From the NCBI GenBank assembly GCA_041687495.1, contig JAWLBR010000002.1:11349-75348 (forward strand): 64,000 bases of DNA, in the 5' to 3' direction. The translations under genes and the position numbers were made by a program. Positions 54,276 to 63,997 of this stretch are shown piece by piece (within the stretch, counting starts at the first letter, position 1; each line of letters opens with the position of its first letter). The stretch comes from Limnochordia bacterium (GTDB taxonomy: Bacteria > Bacillota > Limnochordia > DTU087 > JAAYGB01). The notes beneath the pieces were generated by a model. That model worked only from the letters and a program-made list of their open reading frames with translations. It was not told where the DNA came from and did no database searches.

Positions 54276-54639
54276 AGGCAAGCACGAGCAAGGATTTACA
54301 CTGGTTGAGGTCTTGGTGGCCTTGGCGATCATAGTGATTGTCATTCAAATGTTTACTAGCGTGTTCACTGGTGGCCTGCGGACAATCAGAGGTGTTGGGG
54401 CCATCAGCAAGTCTATTGCTGAGGGGCAAGAGTGCATGGAAAATGCAATCATCTCCCTCAATGGGCAAGAGGGCGTGGTAGAGGTTACCGAGCCGTGGGT
54501 GGTGGCAATCCAATTCCCGGACTCCGGCGCGGTGATAGAAACACCTGGATGGAAAATCGATGTCACGGTCTCCGAAGATGATGGTTCGGAAAGGGAACTT
54601 ACCCTAACCACGTTTGTTGCAGGTACTAGTTCGCAGTAA
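54250..54639 (+). CDS. Type IV prepilin-like protein (pseudopilin/minor pilin)
   Basis: Class III signal ...KHEQG|FTLVEVLVALAIIVIV, with Glu at +5. GTG at 54250 after AGGAGG. Overlaps the upstream gene by 26 nt. Confidence 0.6.
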   Translation: MRPNLCGFRGKHEQGFTLVEVLVALAIIVIVIQMFTSVFTGGLRTIRGVGAISKSIAEGQECMENAIISLNGQEGVVEVTEPWVVAIQFPDSGAVIETPGWKIDVTVSEDDGSERELTLTTFVAGTSSQ

Positions 54640-54653
54640 TAGGGGACGTTAGA

Positions 54654-55163
54654 ATGCGCAGATACGTTGGCGACCGCGGCTTTAGCCTAGTGGAATTGAT
54701 GCTGGCATTGTCGCTCTTGGCATTCGTCATTGCCATATCATCTGGATACTACGTTAGGAGCGCGCAAGTATTTCGCGATGCTGATCAACAATCGAGAGTT
54801 CAGGTTGAGGTGACTCGAGCAGTGAGCTTTATCAGCACCGAAGTGAGAAATGCTGTCGAGATTGAAGTGTTGAGTCCAGCTGCTCTTCAAGCTCGGGATC
54901 CGGCAAGTAGTTACATTTTTGTGGATAACGGCGCGTTAAGGCGCTGGAATGCATCTGGAGAGACGATAGTGGCTGAGCACGTAGCAGGTGCCCAATTCGA
55001 GCTGATTTCCCATCGAGAGGCCACGACTCTAGAGTTTACGCTGCAGGTGGGAGGCCGGCTGCGTGAACTGCAGACAAGATCTGAAGTGCTGCTGAACAAT
55101 ATCACAGAGGCTAGTCCAACTCTGAATCCGGAGAGGGTCTTGCGTTACAAGAGGGCAAACTAG
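54654..55163 (+). CDS. Type IV prepilin-like protein (pseudopilin)
   Basis: Leader MRRYVGDRG|FSLVELMLALSLLAFVIAI with Glu at +5. 169 aa. Confidence 0.7.
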   Translation: MRRYVGDRGFSLVELMLALSLLAFVIAISSGYYVRSAQVFRDADQQSRVQVEVTRAVSFISTEVRNAVEIEVLSPAALQARDPASSYIFVDNGALRRWNASGETIVAEHVAGAQFELISHREATTLEFTLQVGGRLRELQTRSEVLLNNITEASPTLNPERVLRYKRAN

Positions 55164-55262
55164 ATGATATGAGGTAGGGGAGATCTCAGCTTGTTTCCCC
55201 TCTCGGCGTACTTTGAACTGCCTTGTTTGGCAGCCCAGTGATCGGCATGAAGGGAGCTCACC

Positions 55263-56435
55263 ATGCTAACATTGCTGCTAATCATCATTTATATAGCGTT
55301 TATCAGTCTGGGTCTGCCCGATTCGCTCTTGGGAACAGCTTGGCCTGCTGCGTACAGAGATTTCGCCGTCCCCATTTCGTGGGCAGGGCTCTTGTCTGCA
55401 ACCGTGTCGGCTGGAACCATCATTTCCAGTTTCTTTAGCAGCAGGGTCATCCAGAGATTTGGAACTGGAGTTACCACAGCGGTGAGCGTGTCCATGACCG
55501 CTGTGGCTCTTCTAGGTATTTCCCGTTCGACAAGCTTTGGTGTCATGCTTTTGTTTGCGATACCCCTGGGGTTGGGGGCGGGTAGTGTTGACGCTGCTTT
55601 GAACAATTTCGTCGCGCTTTACTATAGGGCAAAACATATGAGCTGGCTTCACTGTTTCTGGGGAATAGGAGCCAGCGCTGGCCCGGTCATTATGTCGTTT
55701 TACCTCGTTCAAAGCACCTGGAAGTCAGGATACTCTACCATTGGATGGATTCAGGTAGCACTGGTAGTCATTTTGATTGCCTCCTTGCCGATCTGGCGAC
55801 GCTTTTCCTCCAAGGCTGAAGACGTGAGCGCCGGCAGAGTACTCAAGGCAAAAGAGCTTCTGGCAGTCAGTGGGGCAAGACCCATTCTTGTTGCGTTTTT
55901 CTGCTACTGCGCGATTGAGTCTACGGCGGGGCTGTGGGGAAGCAGTTTCCTTGTGCTTGCCAAAGGAGTTTCAGCTCAAGTAGCTGCTTCCTGGATTTCT
56001 CTGTACTATTTCGGGATTACCTTCGGCAGATTTGTTTCGGGATTTCTCACTATGCGCATTACGAATAAAGACCTAATCCGTATTGGTCAGGGGCTCATCG
56101 TGCTGGGCGTTTTACTGCTGCTGATCCCGGGGTCTAATGCTGCTCTATGGAGTGGCTTTTTCATCATCGGCTTTGGGTGCGCTCCAATCTTTCCCTCGTT
56201 GCTTCATGATACGCCTGAGAACTTTGGGAAGGAGCTGTCACAGTCCATTATGGGGATCCAGATGGCCTGCGCTTATACAGGGGCGACCGTAATGCCCCCG
56301 CTATTCGGGTTGATCGGTGAACGCACGACCATGAGCTTGCTGCCAGTGTACCTGATGGCGCTTGCTGTCCTAATGGTTGTCATGGTTGAGCGTCTTAACA
56401 AAGTCAAGACGTTGCAGGTTGCCGGTGCCAGATAG
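55263..56435 (+). CDS. MFS-family transporter
   Basis: 390 aa with 12 TM segments and MFS motif-A-like loops. Confidence 0.8.
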   Translation: MLTLLLIIIYIAFISLGLPDSLLGTAWPAAYRDFAVPISWAGLLSATVSAGTIISSFFSSRVIQRFGTGVTTAVSVSMTAVALLGISRSTSFGVMLLFAIPLGLGAGSVDAALNNFVALYYRAKHMSWLHCFWGIGASAGPVIMSFYLVQSTWKSGYSTIGWIQVALVVILIASLPIWRRFSSKAEDVSAGRVLKAKELLAVSGARPILVAFFCYCAIESTAGLWGSSFLVLAKGVSAQVAASWISLYYFGITFGRFVSGFLTMRITNKDLIRIGQGLIVLGVLLLLIPGSNAALWSGFFIIGFGCAPIFPSLLHDTPENFGKELSQSIMGIQMACAYTGATVMPPLFGLIGERTTMSLLPVYLMALAVLMVVMVERLNKVKTLQVAGAR

Positions 56436-56550
56436 CAATCCGCAGAGTGTTGGAGAACAATGCGGGAAACGAGAAAAGCTGGAGGATCACAAGTGTGACT
56501 AGAGGGCATCACCCACTCATTGCATAATATACTCTATCGACTGGAGTAGT

Positions 56551-57120
56551 TTGGAAAAAGGAGTGAGTGAATTGATCTTCGCAGTTGGGCTGCTGGTAGT
56601 TTTAGGGATCTACGTAGGTACTGCTTACAACGGATTGGTTACCCTCCGGGAGCGGGTGAAAAACGCATGGGCTCAAGTCGATGTTCAGTTGAAGCGTCGC
56701 TATGATCTGATCCCGAACTTGGTCAGTACAGTGAAGGGTTACGCCAAACACGAAAAAGAGACCTTTGAGCGGATTACGCAGGCTCGTAGCCAGGCGATGA
56801 GTGCAGAAGGCCCAGGCCGGGCCGAGGCTGAAACCGAGCTTACCAGGTCAATTCGGAGTCTTTTTGCTGTGGCGGAGAATTATCCTGAGCTGAAAGCTGA
56901 CGCCAACTTCCGCCATCTTCAAGAGGAGTTATCCCAGACCGAGTCCAAGATTGCCTATGCCCGGCAATTCTACAATGATACGGTGCAAAGATTCAACATA
57001 CGGATTAAAGTGTTTCCGGTGGTGTTGTTTGCCGGCAGTTTTGGCTTTCGAGAAGAGTCGTTCTTTAACCTCGAGGGCTCACCTGACGAACGGGAGAACA
57101 TCAACATATCCTTTGATTAG
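56551..57120 (+). CDS. lemA: LemA-family protein
   Basis: N-terminal TM anchor followed by the LemA helical domain ([33 protein letters not shown]). Confidence 0.85.
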   Translation: MEKGVSELIFAVGLLVVLGIYVGTAYNGLVTLRERVKNAWAQVDVQLKRRYDLIPNLVSTVKGYAKHEKETFERITQARSQAMSAEGPGRAEAETELTRSIRSLFAVAENYPELKADANFRHLQEELSQTESKIAYARQFYNDTVQRFNIRIKVFPVVLFAGSFGFREESFFNLEGSPDERENINISFD

Positions 57121-57122
57121 GA

Positions 57123-58961
57123 GTGAGGCAGTTGAAGGCTCTTAGGTGGTTGCTTGTTCTCCTTGGTGCAGTTTTCCTCATCTGGCCACTGGCGGTGACT
57201 GAAGCCAGGAGCTTTGAGTTTACCGACTTGACCATCGACGCGTGGGTTCAACCCGATGGGGCAGTTAGGATCGTTGAGAACCGAACGGCACAATTTGACG
57301 GCACTTTCCGGGGAATGTTTCAATGGATTGACACATCCAAGGACGTTGAGGTTCAGGATGTGGTGGTCGCAGAAAACGGAGCTCCGTATGAGCGGAACTA
57401 TGGCACTGATCCAGGTCCGGCAGGGACTTTCTTTGTCCGCGAGGATCCGGACTCGATGTATGTGGACTGGAGTTTCGAGGCAGCTGACGAAAGCCGGACT
57501 TTCACCTTAAGCTACACCATCACAGACGCTGTTGTCGTCCACAATGATGTGGCTGAGCTCTACATTCAGTTCGTCGGCGATGAGTGGGAAGCTTCTGTAA
57601 ACCAAGTGCAAGTAACACTGCATCTACCTAATGGCGGGTCTGAGCAGCTCAGAGCGTGGGGGCACGGCCCATTGCAGGGCGAAGTTACCGTTGCCGGTCC
57701 AGCTACCGTGGTATGGAAGACCAGTCCTCTTCCCGCTGAGACCTTCTTAGAAGGTAGAGTGACATTTCCTCCCGATTTGGTACCCGAAGCTAGGAGGCGA
57801 TCGGGACAATCCGCCTTGACATCCATCTTGAGCGAAGAAGAGCAGTGGGCTAGCGAGGCTAATAGAAAGCGAACTATGGCTAAAGCTGACCTAGCCGCAG
57901 GTATACTCGCAGTGGTGGCGGCAGCAGTTTTGGCCCTTTCGTGGCAGTTGCGTTGGGGCAGGGAGTATAGGCCGCAGTTCACCGGTGAGTACCAGCGGGA
58001 GCTGCCTCAGGACTACTCCCCTGCGGTCATGTCGATTTTGTACAGCTTTGGCACTACCGGTGCGAAAGACTTAAGTTCAACGCTGCTGGATTTGGCTCGC
58101 CGAGGGCTTGTTGCCATCGAAGCGGTCGAGGAGGGGAAGAGAAAACCCCGAAACGACTACCGTATCACCTACCGAAACCACGGTGATGCAGATAACTCGA
58201 CCCTGCGTCCCCATGAACAGGAGCTTTTGCGTTTTCTTTTTCTCGATGTGGACAAGGAAGGCGATAACAGTCTTACCTTCCAGGAGATCCAGGCCTACGC
58301 TCGCCGTAAGCCCAATGACTTTGTACAGTTCTGGAAGGGTTGGCAGGAACTGGTTAAAGAAGAGGCTGCCGCATTCGATTTCTTTGACGAGACTACAGCC
58401 AAGAAGCGCAACCAGCAGGTGATTGTCGGGCTGATTGCCGTTGCCCTGTCAGTTGTGGCCTTTATCGCTCGGTGGTTGTTCGCTGGGGTGGGGCTCGTTA
58501 TCGCCGCATTGATGCTGCTCATCGGTTCTGTCTGGCTGCGCCGCCGCAGCCAAAATGGCTGTACTGAGTTCGCCCAGTGGAAGGCATTCCGCCGATTCCT
58601 CCTGCACTTTTCGGAGATGCAGCGCCACGAGGTCGGATCCTTGGTGATTTGGGAGCATTACCTGGTTTACGCTGTGTCCCTCGGGGTGGCAAAAGAGGCG
58701 CTTAAGCAGCTGCGCTTAGTTTTTCCGGACCTGCAACAAGACGGGCGCCGGTTTGGGTACGGCTGGTACCATTACGCTGCCCTCAGTCAAGCTGATGCCT
58801 TTGAGAGCAGCTTGTCTAGCCTAACCAGTTCCATCGAATCTAGCTTTCAGCAGGCCATTTCAGCGGCAGCTAGCAAGTCATCTTCTGGCAGCGGTTCAGG
58901 TGGTGGCTTCTCTGGCGGCGGTGGCGGTGGAGTCGGGGGTGGCGGTGGGGGTGTGCGTTAG
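57123..58961 (+). CDS. DUF2207-domain membrane protein with C-terminal poly-Gly tail (the usual partner of lemA)
   Basis: Signal/TM segment, an extracellular domain, internal TM helices, and a C-terminal SSGSGSGGGFSGGGGGGVGGGGGGVR tail. Immediately follows the lemA stop. Confidence 0.7.
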   Translation: MRQLKALRWLLVLLGAVFLIWPLAVTEARSFEFTDLTIDAWVQPDGAVRIVENRTAQFDGTFRGMFQWIDTSKDVEVQDVVVAENGAPYERNYGTDPGPAGTFFVREDPDSMYVDWSFEAADESRTFTLSYTITDAVVVHNDVAELYIQFVGDEWEASVNQVQVTLHLPNGGSEQLRAWGHGPLQGEVTVAGPATVVWKTSPLPAETFLEGRVTFPPDLVPEARRRSGQSALTSILSEEEQWASEANRKRTMAKADLAAGILAVVAAAVLALSWQLRWGREYRPQFTGEYQRELPQDYSPAVMSILYSFGTTGAKDLSSTLLDLARRGLVAIEAVEEGKRKPRNDYRITYRNHGDADNSTLRPHEQELLRFLFLDVDKEGDNSLTFQEIQAYARRKPNDFVQFWKGWQELVKEEAAAFDFFDETTAKKRNQQVIVGLIAVALSVVAFIARWLFAGVGLVIAALMLLIGSVWLRRRSQNGCTEFAQWKAFRRFLLHFSEMQRHEVGSLVIWEHYLVYAVSLGVAKEALKQLRLVFPDLQQDGRRFGYGWYHYAALSQADAFESSLSSLTSSIESSFQQAISAAASKSSSGSGSGGGFSGGGGGGVGGGGGGVR

Positions 58962-59075
58962 TGCACCCTTAGCTTCGGCAACTGCCACTCAAGGCGAACC
59001 ACATCCGTACATTGGATTTCTAGATTGTTTGGGAAACGGGCACCTTAATTCCAGCAGATTAACCAATGCTGGGAG

Positions 59076-60560
59076 TTGGGTGCCTTGGTCTTTCGTATCT
59101 CTGTTGTTGTAATGCTGGCATTTGTAACCTGGGGAATCGTCTCCCCAAACCACCTGGCGGAGACTGCCAATAGCCTCTTGGGCGTTACCATCGAGAAATT
59201 CGGCTGGCTTTATCTGCTGTCATCGTTTTCCTTCCTGTTGTTTGCTTTGTATCTTGCCTTTGGCAAGTATGGGCATATCAAGCTCGGCGCAGATGACGAT
59301 GAGCCCGATTATTCCAACTTGACTTGGTTTGGTATGCTCTTTAGTGCAGGAATGGGGATTGGCCTCGTGTTTTGGGGAGTAGCCGAACCGATGGTCCATT
59401 ATGTGGATCCACCAATGGGAATTGAACCAGGAACCGCAGAAGCCAGTCTGATGGCTATGCGGTACGCTTTCTTCCATTGGGGTCTTCATCCGTGGGCGAT
59501 CTACACTGTAATTGCCCTTGCCTTGGCGTACTTCAACTTTAGAAAAGGGTACAAAGGACTGATTAGCCAGACCTTTCATCCCATCCTTCAGGATAGGGTC
59601 AACGGGCCCCTTGGCAAGGCCATAGACATCATTGCGATCATTGCCACAGCCTTTGGCGTAGCGACCAGCCTTGGGTTAGGGGCCTTGCAGATCAACGGCG
59701 GCCTGGCTTACGTTCTCGGGATTCCCAACGCCGCCATCGTGCAAGTGATAATCATCTCCATTGTCACTGTGCTGTACATGATCTCGGCCACAACTGGCCT
59801 AGACCGGGGGATTCGGATTCTCAGCAACACCAATGTGGCAGTAGCTGGATGCCTGCTCATGTTTGTCCTGTTTTTGGGTCCAACCTCTTTTCTGTTCGAG
59901 ACCTTTACGGTAACGTTGGGTGGATATCTGCAGAACCTGGTGCAGATGAGTCTGAGGCTGACTCCCTTTAGCCAAGGAACGTGGATAGGCGAATGGACCC
60001 TCTTTTACTGGGCATGGTGGATCGCTTGGGCTCCGTTTGTAGGGACGTTTATTGCCCGGGTTTCTCGCGGGCGGACTATCAGAGAGTTTGTCCTTGGAGT
60101 ATTGGTAGTCCCAAGTGTGTTCAGTTTTGTTTGGTTCTCGGTGTTTGGTGGAACGGCGCTGAATTTTGAGATCCTGCGGGGGATAGATATCGCCGGAGCA
60201 GTGGCAAAGGACATCACTTCTGCACTATTTGTGACGCTGGGCCAGTTACCTCTAGGGAGCGTAGTGTCTTTCATCGCCACAACCCTGATAGTCACCTTTT
60301 TTATCACCTCTGCAGATTCCGCAACTTTTGTCCTCGGAATGCTGTCTTCAGGCGGTGACTTGAACCCATCAAACGGCATTAAGCTTGTTTGGGGATTGCT
60401 GCAATCCTCGGTGGCCATCGTCCTGCTTTTGAGCGGTGGATTGGAGGGGCTGCAGACCATAGCAATAGTCAGCGCCCTTCCTTTCGCGCTGGTAATGATC
60501 GGGATGTGTTTTTCTGTTTACCAAGCTTTATCCGAGGAGAAAAGGAAAAAGAGGAAGTAA
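59076..60560 (+). CDS. BCCT-family (betaine/carnitine/choline) transporter
   Basis: Conserved BCCT segment (WTLFYWAWWIAWAPFVGTFIARVSRGRTIREF). Exact start is uncertain. Confidence 0.85.
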   Translation: MGALVFRISVVVMLAFVTWGIVSPNHLAETANSLLGVTIEKFGWLYLLSSFSFLLFALYLAFGKYGHIKLGADDDEPDYSNLTWFGMLFSAGMGIGLVFWGVAEPMVHYVDPPMGIEPGTAEASLMAMRYAFFHWGLHPWAIYTVIALALAYFNFRKGYKGLISQTFHPILQDRVNGPLGKAIDIIAIIATAFGVATSLGLGALQINGGLAYVLGIPNAAIVQVIIISIVTVLYMISATTGLDRGIRILSNTNVAVAGCLLMFVLFLGPTSFLFETFTVTLGGYLQNLVQMSLRLTPFSQGTWIGEWTLFYWAWWIAWAPFVGTFIARVSRGRTIREFVLGVLVVPSVFSFVWFSVFGGTALNFEILRGIDIAGAVAKDITSALFVTLGQLPLGSVVSFIATTLIVTFFITSADSATFVLGMLSSGGDLNPSNGIKLVWGLLQSSVAIVLLLSGGLEGLQTIAIVSALPFALVMIGMCFSVYQALSEEKRKKRK

Positions 60561-60597
60561 CAACCCCAAGTTGCCTGCCGGTGTGACGTTCCAGCAG

Positions 60598-62061
60598 TTA
60601 GTGGATCACGAAAACCCGTAGCCCAAGTCGACGCCAGGTCACTGTAACCAGTGCCGAGACAAACAGGAAGTCACCAAGGGCAAACAAAGCGCCTCCAGCC
60701 GCTCGGATGATGAGGTATGGTCGGAGTAGGGCGTGGGTATCCATGAAGCCCATGCCCGTTACCCGCCACAAATAGGTCTGCAGGACTCCAGCGATGATCA
60801 GCATGGTGCTCATTAACAGCAGACCTGCGTTGAGGATCAGGAATCCGCTCCAGCTGCGGATGATTTCGGATCTGGTCAATTCGGTCTGCTTAGTGAGAAT
60901 GTACGTCGCGCCGGTAAGAACGAGCATACCGACGGCACCAAAAAGGGCTAGGTGAGCATGGGCGGAGGTCAAATACGTTCCGTGGGTATATCGGTTCCAC
61001 TCGGGAATGGACATGATCAGTCCCAACATACCCGCTCCAGCCACGTGATAGACAATGCTTGATCCACCTAGGGCGAGAACAAGGCGGTCAGCTTGACGCA
61101 GTTCCTGCCAGTTTGTAGGTATCCCCCGGTAACCCAGATAAGCCAAAACTAGTATCCCCAACATCTGGATAAAGCTAAAGACTCCACCGATCCACAGCCA
61201 CTCCCCGGTCGAGCCTATCCAATAGTAATGGTGGCCTGTGGCGAAGACTCCCCCAATGATGGTAAGAACAATGTTTACAGCCAGTATTCGTTGAAGGCTG
61301 GTTCGCCGCTTAGGAGAGAAGATAAGGAGCAAGCCTACGAACGCGCTAATATCTAGCAGCTCTAAGCTCATTTCCTCTGTCATATGGACAACCCAAAACC
61401 GGACGACGTTCTCGATGCTGGGGTGCACAAAACTAAATAGGTTCGGGACATACTGGGCGAGAATGAAAAGGGCTCCGGTCAGCATGCCAGCGAGAACCAA
61501 ACGGGAGTGGGAGGGCTTGGCCTTGGCGTAGGTGCGAGCAAGGTTGTAACAAAACAGCACCAGAGCGAGGATAATCCCAAGCTTCAGCATGGGAAGCGCC
61601 TCCAGGTACTCTCTCCCAGCCGTATATCCAAGTAGCAGTGCTGTGATGATGCTGCCAAAAGTAAGGGCGAAAACCCAAAACTGACCCAGAGCCAGCGTCC
61701 GACTGTGCAGATCCGTCTGGGCCTCCTGCACGAAGAAGTAGTAACCCATGCCCATACTTCCCAGCAGCGGCCAGTAGACGCTGAGGTTAAGGTGAATGGC
61801 ACGCCCAACTTGGAACGAAATGGGACTGGGTAAGTCCGGAAACACCAGGTCTAGAGCCCCTAAGGTTGCGACCAGACCTTGTACGGCAAAGATTAACACA
61901 GCAGTAAAGCAGTAGGGGAGTGCTGCTTTCTGCGATGGGTATTCCTTAGGAGCGTTGTGTTCGGGAGACTGCCTTTGCCTGCGGCGAAACAAGTGTGGTA
62001 ACGACCTATAGAGGATCGCCGGCAACGTAACCAGTATGTGTAGCCATCGACGCCTGGGCAT
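60598..62061 (-). CDS. norB: Nitric oxide reductase large subunit NorB-like (cNOR-type heme-copper oxidase family)
   Basis: 12-TM HCO fold with helix-VI VVHMTEE (His plus Glu, as in NorB HLWVEG), helix-VII HHYYW, and helix-X HAHLALFG. RBS GGAGGGAGAG precedes the Met at 62061. About 487 aa, so no qNOR extension. Confidence 0.7.
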   Translation of the reverse strand: MPRRRWLHILVTLPAILYRSLPHLFRRRQRQSPEHNAPKEYPSQKAALPYCFTAVLIFAVQGLVATLGALDLVFPDLPSPISFQVGRAIHLNLSVYWPLLGSMGMGYYFFVQEAQTDLHSRTLALGQFWVFALTFGSIITALLLGYTAGREYLEALPMLKLGIILALVLFCYNLARTYAKAKPSHSRLVLAGMLTGALFILAQYVPNLFSFVHPSIENVVRFWVVHMTEEMSLELLDISAFVGLLLIFSPKRRTSLQRILAVNIVLTIIGGVFATGHHYYWIGSTGEWLWIGGVFSFIQMLGILVLAYLGYRGIPTNWQELRQADRLVLALGGSSIVYHVAGAGMLGLIMSIPEWNRYTHGTYLTSAHAHLALFGAVGMLVLTGATYILTKQTELTRSEIIRSWSGFLILNAGLLLMSTMLIIAGVLQTYLWRVTGMGFMDTHALLRPYLIIRAAGGALFALGDFLFVSALVTVTWRRLGLRVFVIH

Positions 62062-62066
62062 TGCGG

Positions 62067-62480
62067 TCACTCTCCCTCCCTGCTTGGTGGTAAGATGGGG
62101 GCTGGCGGCCAATCCAACAGCCTAATCTGAGAAACAGAGCGTAGATATTGGATCATCTCGGGAATTTCTTTGTCGGATAGTCCTAAATGCCGTTTCTTGT
62201 TGCTTGGACGCCTCATAGGAGGGTCACGGAAGAAATCGGCCAACCAGTTCTCCCCACGGACTGCAAAGGTTTTGGTGAGGTCAGGTGCGGCATACCCGCC
62301 GTTCCCAAATACGGCGTGGCACTCGATACACCCCTTACTTTCCCACACTTTCTTGCCAGCCGCTGCTTCAGTGCCAATTGTCTGCGGATCTATGTTTGTC
62401 GTGAAGTGGTAGATCAGGAGGGCAAATAGCAGAACACTGATCGACGACAACGCTAGAACATAGACTAATGGTCTTTTCAT
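62067..62480 (-). CDS. norC: Membrane-anchored mono-heme cytochrome c, NorC-like
   Basis: N-terminal TM then CIECHAV (CxxCH). 137 aa, encoded immediately upstream of the NorB-like gene. The start overlaps the stop of the ccsA-like gene (ATGA). Confidence 0.65.
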   Translation of the reverse strand: MKRPLVYVLALSSISVLLFALLIYHFTTNIDPQTIGTEAAAGKKVWESKGCIECHAVFGNGGYAAPDLTKTFAVRGENWLADFFRDPPMRRPSNKKRHLGLSDKEIPEMIQYLRSVSQIRLLDWPPAPILPPSREGE

Positions 62481-63997
62481 TGGGGATTTTCCACCCCTTG
62501 ACTTTCCTTACCATTCCCGCGGTGGATTGCCATCAGCATTCCGGTGAGCATGAGAAGGCCTCCTATTCCCCCCAAAGCCACCAGTGATTCTCTGAAGAAA
62601 GCAGGTTCAGACACCACCTGTGTCCCCACAGTCTCTAGAGAATCTTGGGGCAGCCAGCTTGAGCTGATCCCACCAAGGTAGACCCCTAGCAACAAAAGCG
62701 AAAGGCCTAGATGCACGAGCTTCGCCGCAAAAGCATGGTGGCGTGACAGCAGTGTGCTAATACACAAGAGTACTACCCCAAGACCCAGGGGAGCCAGTCC
62801 GATGGTAAAGACCGCTTCCGGCAGGACCACTGTTTTTCCCAAAGGGAGCAGAAGCAGTGGAAGTGCTGTTCCACAAAATACCAACACTGCGGCCGAGGCT
62901 AGAAGCACAGTTGCGGACTGCAGTGTTGCTCCTGTGGGAGCAGCATTGGCTGGCTTGTGGCAGGGCGCTGGGTCTCTTGACCAGTTGACTCTCGCAGACG
63001 CCAGAAGAAACACCAAGGCAGAGGCGGCAGCAGCCAAGAGAAAGTAGCCAGCGGACGGATCGGTTAAGTGATTTCTTCCCAAGCGCAGCAGGCCACTCCG
63101 GGTCAAGTACGAGCTGAGGAGAAGCGAAAGAAAGACAAGGCACACGCAGAGTGCGGTCGTCCGGTGCAGTCTGTGGTTCAATCTGTCTCTGGCCAACAAG
63201 TGCACTGCGGCTCCAGCTAACAGCCAGATCAGCAGAGCTGAATTCTCGATTGGATCCCACCGCCAGTATCTCCCAGCAAAGTGTAGGTATGCCCAAGCAC
63301 CCCCCAATAGGATGCTGACAGTCAGCAAGCTCCAACCGAGCAAGACCCACTGCCGCACGTGGGCCAAAAGTGCGATCTGGGCATCTGGCTCTTGCGCCCC
63401 CTTGGCAGCTATGCCGTATCCGACCAATAGGGCAAAGGCAGCACCAAAACATGCGTAGCCCAGAAATGTTGCCGGTGGATGGAGCAAGTTGAAGGGACTT
63501 TGCAGAGCTTGACTGATGCCAGTACCGAAGCCGGTCATGGAGCTTGTCCGTACTAGGAGCGGAGTTGCGTACCGAAGTATAGAGCTGAAAAGGGCCGTCT
63601 CTGCGGTTAAGACAAGGCCTGCGATCGCTCCTGTCCTCCGCAGCATACCAGGTACGCGAAATACAGCGAATACCGTGGTCAGGCTGGTGAAACACAGCCA
63701 CAACAGCAGAGCACCTTCCCGTCCAGACCATAAGCTTGCGATCTTGTACAGCCATGGTAGGGTCGGACTGGAATACTTGGCTACATAGGCGAGGGTAATG
63801 TCATCGGTAACTAGGCCAAAGACCAAACGCGTGAAAACTCCGAGGACCAGGCAGAGATTGAGAATGATGCCCACCTTTGCCGCCAGGGGAAAGCTACCTT
63901 CCCCCCTACTTCGGTTTGGACTAACCCTCGCTGCGATTGCTGCAATGGTAAATAGGGACGTGACCAAGATCAAGTCAAAGAGAACTTTGCTATGCAC
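62477..63997 (-). CDS. Cytochrome c biogenesis heme-handling protein, CcsA/CcmF/NrfE family (WWD domain)
   Basis: Polytopic membrane protein with the tryptophan-rich signature AYLHFAGRYWRWDPIENSALLIWL. 506 aa. Confidence 0.7.
   Translation of the reverse strand: MHSKVLFDLILVTSLFTIAAIAARVSPNRSRGEGSFPLAAKVGIILNLCLVLGVFTRLVFGLVTDDITLAYVAKYSSPTLPWLYKIASLWSGREGALLLWLCFTSLTTVFAVFRVPGMLRRTGAIAGLVLTAETALFSSILRYATPLLVRTSSMTGFGTGISQALQSPFNLLHPPATFLGYACFGAAFALLVGYGIAAKGAQEPDAQIALLAHVRQWVLLGWSLLTVSILLGGAWAYLHFAGRYWRWDPIENSALLIWLLAGAAVHLLARDRLNHRLHRTTALCVCLVFLSLLLSSYLTRSGLLRLGRNHLTDPSAGYFLLAAAASALVFLLASARVNWSRDPAPCHKPANAAPTGATLQSATVLLASAAVLVFCGTALPLLLLPLGKTVVLPEAVFTIGLAPLGLGVVLLCISTLLSRHHAFAAKLVHLGLSLLLLGVYLGGISSSWLPQDSLETVGTQVVSEPAFFRESLVALGGIGGLLMLTGMLMAIHRGNGKESQGVENPQ

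Noticed and set aside
57566-57982. 138-aa antisense ORF inside the DUF2207 gene, and other 60-110-aa ORFs inside large genes (e.g. 35260-35589, 48270-48809, 62757-63755)
   Set aside because: They are fully embedded in well-supported longer genes on the opposite strand, with no independent features.
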